Below, one piece after another: positions 25,524-32,000 of a stretch of DNA of 32,000 nt (the stretch's first letter is position 1; the number at the start of each line of letters is the position of its first letter). The stretch is from Mycolicibacterium smegmatis (GTDB taxonomy: Bacteria; Actinomycetota; Actinomycetes; Mycobacteriales; Mycobacteriaceae), in contig NZ_LN831039.1 in NCBI RefSeq assembly GCF_001457595.1, positions 5,070,001-5,102,000 on the forward strand, written 5' to 3'. The position numbers were made by a program, and so were the translations under genes. The notes under the pieces are model-generated. The model was not told the DNA's origin and did not search any database. It worked only from the letters and a program-made list of their open reading frames with translations.

Positions 25524-26891
25524 TCAGCGGTGGCCGCTGACGTGGCTGCCCGCGCTCTTGGGCAGCCGCACGGTCTCCACGAGCGTCAGCGCCAGCACCG
25601 CGCCGAGCACCAGGAACGTCAGCGAATACGAGGTCAGCTGGCTCAGCAGCAGGGCCGCGAACGCGATGCCGAGACCTGAGGCGAGTTCCTGCACCGACGC
25701 GTTGAGCGTGTTGCCGTGCGTGAGGTCGTCGCCCTCTACATCGGAGAACGCCAGGCTGTTGTAGGCCGTGAAACCGATCGAGCGCAGCGCGCCGCTGATA
25801 TAGAGGATGACGGCCATGAGCACGACGGGCAGGCCGGGCCGCAGCACCGCCAGCAGGCCGAAACAGGCCACCGACGCCGCGCCGTTGACCAACAGCACGG
25901 TCCGGATGCCGAAGCGGCGCATGAGCGGCGTGGTGATGGGTTTGATGGTGAGGTTGCCCGCGAACAGCGCGGCCACCATCGCGCCTGCGGCCAGGGGCGT
26001 CCACCCGAACTGCAACTGGAACTGCAGGGGCAGCAGGAACGGCACCGCGGTGATCACCATGCGGTACAGCGAGCCCGCCGACACCGTGATGCGCAACGTC
26101 TGCACCCGTAGGACGCGCAGTTGCACCAGCGGGTTCGGCACCGTCAGCAACCGGCGCAGCGCGACGGCCAGGAGCAGCACCGCGGCCACCCCGAAGCTGC
26201 CGACCAGAGACCAGTGCGTGCCGGAGACCCGGATGTTCTCCAGGGCGAGCAGCGTCGCGGCGATGCCTGAGCCCAGCGTCAGCAAACCGAACCAGTCCAG
26301 CGAGCGCGGCCGTGCGGGCGCGTCGCCGTGGATGAGCCTGAGCGCGAACAGAATTCCGATCAGCCCGATCGGAACGTTCACCGCGAAGATCCACCGCCAG
26401 TCACCCAGCGTCGCGATCGCCCCGCCGAGCACGGGCGCCACCACGGGCGCCGCGAGCGCGGGCCACGTCAGCAACGCGATGGCCCGCACCAGATCGGCCT
26501 TGTCGCTCGAGCGCAGCACCGCCAGCCGCCCGACGGGGACCATCATCGCGCCGCCGACACCCTGCGCGACACGCATCGCGACGAGCATGGGCAGCGACAC
26601 ACTCAGCGCACACCCCACCGAGGCCAGCGTGAACACCGCGATCGCGCTGATGAACACGCGGCGCACGCCGAACCGGTCGGCCATCCAGCCGGTGGCGGGG
26701 ATCAGCACGGCCACGGTGACCAGGTAGGCCGATATCGCGACGTTGACGTCGACGGCCGCGACGCCGAACGACTCCGCGATCAGCGGGATCGCGGGCGCGA
26801 GGATCGTCGCGTCGAGGATCTCCATGAACAGCGCCCCGGCCACCAGCAGGGCCGTGCCGCGCGGGAACGACGGCTGCTGACGAGTGGGCAC
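25524..26891 (-). CDS. MFS transporter, DHA2/EmrB-like, 455 aa
   Basis: LFMEILDATILAPAIPLIAESFG, GWMADRFGVRRVFI, multiple TM helices. Confidence 0.92.
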   Translation of the reverse strand: MPTRQQPSFPRGTALLVAGALFMEILDATILAPAIPLIAESFGVAAVDVNVAISAYLVTVAVLIPATGWMADRFGVRRVFISAIAVFTLASVGCALSVSLPMLVAMRVAQGVGGAMMVPVGRLAVLRSSDKADLVRAIALLTWPALAAPVVAPVLGGAIATLGDWRWIFAVNVPIGLIGILFALRLIHGDAPARPRSLDWFGLLTLGSGIAATLLALENIRVSGTHWSLVGSFGVAAVLLLAVALRRLLTVPNPLVQLRVLRVQTLRITVSAGSLYRMVITAVPFLLPLQFQLQFGWTPLAAGAMVAALFAGNLTIKPITTPLMRRFGIRTVLLVNGAASVACFGLLAVLRPGLPVVLMAVILYISGALRSIGFTAYNSLAFSDVEGDDLTHGNTLNASVQELASGLGIAFAALLLSQLTSYSLTFLVLGAVLALTLVETVRLPKSAGSHVSGHR

Positions 26892-26910
26892 CCGTGAAAT
26901 GTAGCCGCGT

Positions 26911-27927
26911 CTAACTGTCGAGGACGAACTCGATGCGCCGCGCGCACACGTCGGCGAGATCGACGCCGGGGATGTCGAATCTGCGGTTGAGCCGCACGAG
27001 CGCGACCGCCAGCAACAGCGGGGCGCTCACGTCGCCGAACGCGAGGTTGCCGACGCTTCTGCCCACCGCGCGCTCGTAGCGGGCGATGGTCTGCTCGCGG
27101 CTCGGTGTGCCCGGCGCGGGCGCGTTGCCGGGCAGCGGGCTGCTGATCCAGTCGGTCATGAACAGCCAGCTGAGGTCGGCGGCCTGATCGCCCAGATAGG
27201 CGATCTCCCAGTCGAGCGCGGCCACGGGCGTCAGGTCGGGCCGGTACAGGACGTTGGACATCCGGCTGTCGCCCCAGCACAGCCCCACGTGTTCGGGCTC
27301 GTAGAGATGGGCCCGCAGCCAGTGCAGCGCGCGCGTGAACGTGGGGTGGACCGGATTGTCGCCGTAGGCCCAGCCGATCGCGTGGCGCAGGAAGTCGACG
27401 AGCGCGCCCGGCGTGGACGCGCCCAAAAAGCCCAGGCGGTACTGCTGCGGGTCGAGCCGGTGCACCGCGGCGATCATGTCGACGCAGCCGTTCCACAGCG
27501 CGGCGCGGCCCGCGTCGTCGGTCTCGGCGAACAGGCCGTGCTGGTGATAGGGCGGGACGTCGCTGACGCCGACGACGTGGTCGATGCGGTCCATCACCAG
27601 GTACGGCGTGCCCAGATCGCTTCCGTCGGCGTCGATCCAGCGCACGCCCGGCACGGGCACGGGTGACAGCGCGAGCCGTTGCATCACCAGGTACTGCCTG
27701 CGCAGGTCGTAGCCGGGCAGGATCTGGTACTCCGGCGGCCGGCGGAACACCAGCCCCAGCGTGTCGCAGGCGTCGAGGCCCTCGACGTCGAACAGGTATG
27801 TCTCGGTGGAGAACCCGGCCGTACTGGCCGACCAGTTCGCGACGCGCGCGTTCTCCGCACCCGGGAGGCGTTTGCGGACAACGGCTTCCACGGCGCCCGG
27901 CAGTTCGTCTGCGGCGATCCTCACCAT
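26911..27927 (-). CDS. Phosphotransferase (APH/choline kinase-like fold) family protein, 338 aa
   Basis: GFSTETYLFDV, LCWGDSRMSNVLYRPDLTPVAALDWEIAYLGDQAADLSWL. Likely ATG at 27927. Confidence 0.88.
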   Translation of the reverse strand: MVRIAADELPGAVEAVVRKRLPGAENARVANWSASTAGFSTETYLFDVEGLDACDTLGLVFRRPPEYQILPGYDLRRQYLVMQRLALSPVPVPGVRWIDADGSDLGTPYLVMDRIDHVVGVSDVPPYHQHGLFAETDDAGRAALWNGCVDMIAAVHRLDPQQYRLGFLGASTPGALVDFLRHAIGWAYGDNPVHPTFTRALHWLRAHLYEPEHVGLCWGDSRMSNVLYRPDLTPVAALDWEIAYLGDQAADLSWLFMTDWISSPLPGNAPAPGTPSREQTIARYERAVGRSVGNLAFGDVSAPLLLAVALVRLNRRFDIPGVDLADVCARRIEFVLDS

Positions 27928-29048
27928 CCGGTGTATCCGTATCGCGGGTAGGCGCCGACGAACACCATCTCGACCAGGCCGTGGCCGATCTTGGGCCCGG
28001 AACCGCTGTCCATGCTCACCTCGCACAGCGTCTCGGACAGGAAGCTGACGGGTTTGACGACGTCGATGTCGCCGATGTCGGCGGTGAACCCGTCGATGAA
28101 ATCCCTTCCGCGCCAATGCCCTGACGCGTAGCCGTCGACCTCCATGTAGCCCGCGAGGCCGGGCCAGAAGTCGGTCATGGGGCGGACCTCGATGGTGCTG
28201 GTGGTGCGGTCACCGCGGTGCACGGTGAACGTGCCGCCGCTGATCACGCGCAGGTCGTCGCGGAACTTCAGATCGTGCTCGACGTCGATGATCGTTCCCG
28301 CGGGGCGGCCGGTTTCGATGGGGTACAGCACCTCACCCTCGAACTGCCACCGCTCCCCCGTGCTGGTCTCGCGCTGTGCGAAATGCACCAGCTCGTCGTC
28401 GAACTGGAAGATGCCCATGTAATAGAGCGTGCCGTCGGGAATCTCCTGCGGTTGCAGGTGCGCACCCTCGGACAGGCTACCGCCGCCAGGGCCGTTGCGG
28501 ATACCCCACGAATGGTCCCTGCCGAACCACCAACTCCCCGGGTCGATCTCGATGCGTTCGCCGTCGATCTCGATCCAGCCCTCCACCTGACCGTTCTGGT
28601 AGAAGCGGCGGGCATCCTCGCTGACGCGGCCGCGGCTGCGGTGGAACGCCGGGGTCTGTTCGTAGGTGGGGAACTGTCCGCGCAGCCTCAGATCGAGGCT
28701 CACGCCCTGCTCGTTGGGCGCGAGTACGGCCCGCACGGTGCGCAAGGGTTCCTCGATGGTGTAGGTGTACGGCCCCACCGAATACGACCCGAGCGGGCCG
28801 GTTTCGGGGTTGAGTTCGGTGGACATGCGCACGACGCGGGCTGTCGCGTCGCGGCGTGTGATCATCGCGTAGGCGTCGGTCACGTTGCGGTTGGGGTAGC
28901 GCGCGAGGCCCGTCATCACATTGATGTCGCCCGAGCGGTCGAATCCGTACATCACGATGCGCTCGGTCCACCGCAGATCTGACTGGTCGACGTGGTCGAA
29001 CGTCGTCGGCAACTGATGGCAGAGCAGTTCGTCGTGCGGGGTGAGCAT
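27921..29048 (-). CDS. Conserved hypothetical protein, 375 aa, beta-rich, lipocalin/hydroxyneurosporene-hydratase-like appearance
   Basis: Long ORF with good codon texture; WWFGRDHSWGIR and many alternating beta-type segments; overlaps the phosphotransferase start. Confidence 0.8.
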   Translation of the reverse strand: MLTPHDELLCHQLPTTFDHVDQSDLRWTERIVMYGFDRSGDINVMTGLARYPNRNVTDAYAMITRRDATARVVRMSTELNPETGPLGSYSVGPYTYTIEEPLRTVRAVLAPNEQGVSLDLRLRGQFPTYEQTPAFHRSRGRVSEDARRFYQNGQVEGWIEIDGERIEIDPGSWWFGRDHSWGIRNGPGGGSLSEGAHLQPQEIPDGTLYYMGIFQFDDELVHFAQRETSTGERWQFEGEVLYPIETGRPAGTIIDVEHDLKFRDDLRVISGGTFTVHRGDRTTSTIEVRPMTDFWPGLAGYMEVDGYASGHWRGRDFIDGFTADIGDIDVVKPVSFLSETLCEVSMDSGSGPKIGHGLVEMVFVGAYPRYGYTGW

Positions 29049-29070
29049 GCGCCGGTCCTTCCCCAGGTAC

Positions 29071-29093
29071 TTACGTTATGGGCCGTAACGTAA
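29071..29093. promoter_or_regulatory. Inverted repeat TTACGTTA-N7-TAACGTAA in the divergent intergenic region, candidate TetR operator
   Basis: Perfect 8-bp arms between divergent genes 29048(-) and 29127(+). Confidence 0.75.
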
Positions 29094-29126
29094 CAGGAAG
29101 CCCGCACAGCCGGTAGCGTTTTCGCA

Positions 29127-29690
29127 ATGACCGGTGCCCTGGGGCGGCCCCGCGATCCGTCCAAGGACGTCGCGGTGCTCACCGCGGTGCGTGAACTGCT
29201 GGTCGAAGAGGGCTATCAGGGCACCACCGTGCTGGCGGTCGCGCGTCGCGCCGGCGTCGGCGCGCCCACGATCTACCGGCGCTGGCCCACCAAGGAGGCC
29301 CTTGTCGAGGACGCGGCATTCGGGCATCCCAGCCCCGTGCCGATGCCCGCGCCCACCGGCGACCTGCGCGCCGACCTGCGGGAGTGGGTCGCGATGTTCC
29401 TCGACTGGCTCGCACAACCGGTCACGCGTGCCGCGCTGCCGGGCCTGATCACGGCCTACCACCACGACGAGACGCTCTACGAGCGGCTTGTGCTGCGGTC
29501 GGAGACCGACGTGCGCGCGGCGATGGTCGACCTGCTCGACGGGGACCGCAGGCGCACCGACGCGGTGTTCGACTTCCTGGTCGCCACCACGGTGGTCCGT
29601 GCCATGACCCGGGGTCTCACCGACCGCGACGCGTTCTGCGACCGCACGGCCGATGCGCTGTTCGCGCTGGCGCGGTCGGATCACCTCTGA
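29127..29690 (+). CDS. TetR/AcrR-family regulator, 187 aa
   Basis: YQGTTVLAVARRAGVGAPTIYRRWPTKEALVEDA HTH. Confidence 0.93.
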   Translation: MTGALGRPRDPSKDVAVLTAVRELLVEEGYQGTTVLAVARRAGVGAPTIYRRWPTKEALVEDAAFGHPSPVPMPAPTGDLRADLREWVAMFLDWLAQPVTRAALPGLITAYHHDETLYERLVLRSETDVRAAMVDLLDGDRRRTDAVFDFLVATTVVRAMTRGLTDRDAFCDRTADALFALARSDHL

Positions 29691-29706
29691 TTACCTGCGA
29701 GGTAAT
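29690..29706. promoter_or_regulatory. Palindrome ATTACCT-GCG-AGGTAAT between the TetR and thioesterase genes
   Basis: Perfect 7-bp arms with 3-nt spacer directly after the TetR stop codon. Confidence 0.5.
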
Positions 29707-29741
29707 TGAACCGGTCTTCCGGGGTGCGCAGACTCCTCGAC

Positions 29742-30158
29742 ATGACTCGTTCGATGACCGGTTCCGACGTGATGGCCCAGTTCCTGCCCACCTCACCGTT
29801 GGTGGCCAAGCTGGGCATCGTGGCCGAGAACCTCGCGGATGGCCAAGTGCGCCTGCGGATGCCGTGGGACCCGTCCAACGCCACCATCGCGGACATGGTG
29901 CACGGTGGCGCGATAGCCACGCTGGCCGACGTCACCGTCATGGCCACGGCCTGGGCCGGCGCCGAGGTCCCCGGCGAACTGCGCGGCGTGACCGTGTCGA
30001 TGTCACTGCAGTACCTGGCGCCGGCCCGCGCGACCGATCTCATCGGCGTGGGACACGTGCTGCGCCGCGGACATTCGCTGGTGCACTGCGACGTCGACGT
30101 CCTCACCCCCGACGACACACCCGTGGCGAAGGCCGTCGCGACCTACAAGCTCGGGTGA
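29742..30158 (+). CDS. PaaI-like hotdog-fold thioesterase, 138 aa
   Basis: MVHGGAIATLADVTVMATAWA...VTVSMSLQYLAPARATDLIGVGHVLRRGHSLVHCDVDV. Confidence 0.88.
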   Translation: MTRSMTGSDVMAQFLPTSPLVAKLGIVAENLADGQVRLRMPWDPSNATIADMVHGGAIATLADVTVMATAWAGAEVPGELRGVTVSMSLQYLAPARATDLIGVGHVLRRGHSLVHCDVDVLTPDDTPVAKAVATYKLG

Positions 30159-30163
30159 TCACT

Positions 30164-30223
30164 CGCGAATGTGAAACGTCAGCGAGAAAACTGCCCAAAA
30201 ATCGCTGAGGATTCACACTCGCG
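30164..30223. terminator. Long imperfect inverted repeat between convergent genes, possible bidirectional terminator
   Basis: 22-nt arms CGCGAATGTGAAACGTCAGCGA / TCGCTGAGGATTCACACTCGCG, 16-nt loop, four mismatches. Confidence 0.5.
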
Positions 30224-30246
30224 GAGGAGATTTCGGCCCAGCGAGC

Positions 30247-30738
30247 TCAGAGCGTGACCTCGGCGAGCTTGCCCGTCGCGACGTCGAAGATGAAGCCGCG
30301 CAGGGATTCGTGCTTGGTGACGAACGGGCTGGCCTCGATGCGGCGCAGCGACTGCCGGACATCCTCTTCGAGGTCGGTGAACGACTCGGCGGCCCACTCG
30401 GGTTTGATGCCGGTCTCGTCCTGGATACTGCGCTTGAACTCGTCGTCGGTGAACGTCAGCATGCCGCAGTCGGTGTGGTGGATGAGGATGATCTCCTTGG
30501 TGCCCAGCAGGCGCTGGCTGATGGCCAGGGACCGGATCTCGTCGTCGGTGATCACGCCGCCCGCGTTGCGGATCACGTGGGCCTCACCGTCGCCGAGGCC
30601 CAGGATGCGGTAGACGTCGAGCCGGGCGTCCATGCAGGCCACCACCGCCACGTGCTTGCTGGGCGGCAGCGGAAGTGGCCCGCTGAACGTCTTCGCGTAT
30701 TCCTCGTTGTTCGCCAGGTACTGATCAGTGACAGACAT
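30247..30738 (-). CDS. Beta-carbonic anhydrase, 163 aa
   Basis: VACMDARLDVYR, HVIRNAGGVI, ILIHHTDCGM zinc-binding motifs. Confidence 0.93.
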   Translation of the reverse strand: MSVTDQYLANNEEYAKTFSGPLPLPPSKHVAVVACMDARLDVYRILGLGDGEAHVIRNAGGVITDDEIRSLAISQRLLGTKEIILIHHTDCGMLTFTDDEFKRSIQDETGIKPEWAAESFTDLEEDVRQSLRRIEASPFVTKHESLRGFIFDVATGKLAEVTL

Positions 30739-30782
30739 GTGCGGCAGGCTAGGCCATACTCCGTTTTCGTCACGCATCTGGA

Positions 30783-32000
30783 TCAACGGGATTGCAAGTC
30801 GTACACCGTGACCCCGCCGACCTCGGTCTTGGGGAAGTTCTCCTTGACCCAGTTGGTGATGTCTCCGGCGCTGCCGTGGCGGAAGCCACCGGGGCCGCGC
30901 CTGCCCTCGGCGGGTGCGAGGAAGTACCGGACGTCTCCGCGTTCGACGTACTGCTGGAACTGTTCGAGGGTCGGTGAATCGTCTGCGCCCATGAACCCAC
31001 CGATCGCCATGAGCGACTCACCGGTCTTGAGTTCCAGGTCACTGACCATCCACGAGCCCACACTCGCTGCCGCCCACCGGTTGTCGGTGTCGGAGATCAG
31101 CTCGCGAAGCGCCGTGTCGTCGTCTCGTTCGCCGCGGTGCGGCCCTCCGAACCCGAAACCGCCTCCGCGCTGCGGGCCCGCCATGGGGAGCGGCCCGCCG
31201 CTCTGCCCGTTGGCCACGGTCTCCACCGAGTACGCCAGCGTCGAACCCAGGCCCAGCACCACCGCCGCCAACGCCAGCGCCGCGGTGACCTGACCCGGCC
31301 GGTGTGCGCGCAGCGCGAGCAGCACCGCGACGACGACCGATCCGATCAGCACGACCCACCGCAGGGCGGGCCACCAGTCGGGCGTGCGGTTCAGCAGCAC
31401 GAACGCCCACACCCCGGTCAGGCCCATCATGGCGGCCAGCAGCAGCCGGATGCCGACGTGAGAACGCCTGCGCCACAACTCGACCACCGAGATGCCCGCG
31501 AGCGCCGCGACGGCCGGGGCCAGCGCCACGGTGTAGTACGGGTGGATCGTGCCGTCCATGAAACTGAACACCACACCGGTCACCGCCAGCCAACCGCCCC
31601 ACACCAGCAGACCGGCCCGCGTGGCCGAAGTGCGGACAGTGTGCCGGGTCAGCCACAGCAACACGACCAGACCGATCAGTGCCACCGGCAGCAGCCACGC
31701 GACCTCGGTGCCCAAGGCGTCGTTGAACAACCGGCCGATACCGGGGTCGCCGCTGTGGAAGATGCCTCGCGAGCCGCCCCCACCCGGGCCGGGGCCACCT
31801 CCACCAGGGCCGGGGCCACCGCCGAAGCCGGGACCGCCACCGCGGCCGACAATGCGCTCGATGCCGTTGTAGCCGAACGCCAACTGCAGCAGGCTGTTGT
31901 CGGTCGAACCGGCGATGTACGGCCGCGATCCGGCGGGCCACAGCGCCACCAGGGCCAGATACCACCCGGCCGAAACCGCCATGGCGACACCGCCGGCCAG
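30783..32000 (-). CDS. GT39/ArnT-like polytopic membrane glycosyltransferase, partial (N-terminus beyond window)
   Basis: Many TM helices, GTIHPYYTVALAPAVAALAG, C-terminal soluble domain TDNRWAAASVGSWMVSDLELKTGESLMAIGGFMGADDSPTLEQF; runs to the window edge. Confidence 0.82.
   Translation of the reverse strand: MAGGVAMAVSAGWYLALVALWPAGSRPYIAGSTDNSLLQLAFGYNGIERIVGRGGGPGFGGGPGPGGGGPGPGGGGSRGIFHSGDPGIGRLFNDALGTEVAWLLPVALIGLVVLLWLTRHTVRTSATRAGLLVWGGWLAVTGVVFSFMDGTIHPYYTVALAPAVAALAGISVVELWRRRSHVGIRLLLAAMMGLTGVWAFVLLNRTPDWWPALRWVVLIGSVVVAVLLALRAHRPGQVTAALALAAVVLGLGSTLAYSVETVANGQSGGPLPMAGPQRGGGFGFGGPHRGERDDDTALRELISDTDNRWAAASVGSWMVSDLELKTGESLMAIGGFMGADDSPTLEQFQQYVERGDVRYFLAPAEGRRGPGGFRHGSAGDITNWVKENFPKTEVGGVTVYDLQSR

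Noticed and set aside
1-32000. CRISPR arrays or cas genes
   Set aside because: No regularly spaced 24-40 bp repeats and no cas-like ORF; the only regular repeats are the in-frame 33-bp coding units.

Overview
High-GC actinobacterial (mycobacterial-type) chromosome segment. The genus is inferred from gene content: PapA5-like acyltransferase, F420-type LLM oxidoreductase, fused cysNC, and DUF4097/LiaSR-like genes. Bases ~1-5.3 kb look like part of an integrated accessory element. They hold a tyrosine integrase translationally coupled to a gene whose N-terminus resembles a proteasome/HslV-type Ntn hydrolase (putative), plus a divergent pair of uncharacterised genes, one with two N-terminal TM helices. 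From ~5.6 kb on the DNA is chromosomal backbone: a secreted protein with 11-aa KWxxFPGDxAx repeats (second copy at 13.1-13.5 kb), a three-gene GT2/membrane/split-barrel operon, PapA5-like acyltransferase, FAD monooxygenase with a double-HTH TetR-like regulator, DUF899, LLM oxidoreductase, a histidine kinase/response regulator/DUF4097 cluster, nitronate monooxygenase, GNAT, VOC, a cysD-cysNC-cysQ-isochorismatase-FMN split barrel-Rrf2 gene run, MFS, phosphotransferase, TetR, thioesterase, beta-carbonic anhydrase and a partial GT39/ArnT-like membrane protein. The most notable items are the KW-FPGD repeat family, the putative mobile Ntn-hydrolase gene, the possible leaderless 14-aa leader peptide in front of cysD, the double-HTH regulator with an adjacent palindrome, and the membrane-anchored split-barrel protein in the glycosyltransferase operon. 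No tRNA, rRNA, CRISPR array or att repeat was found. All family assignments come from reading motifs; no database search was run.
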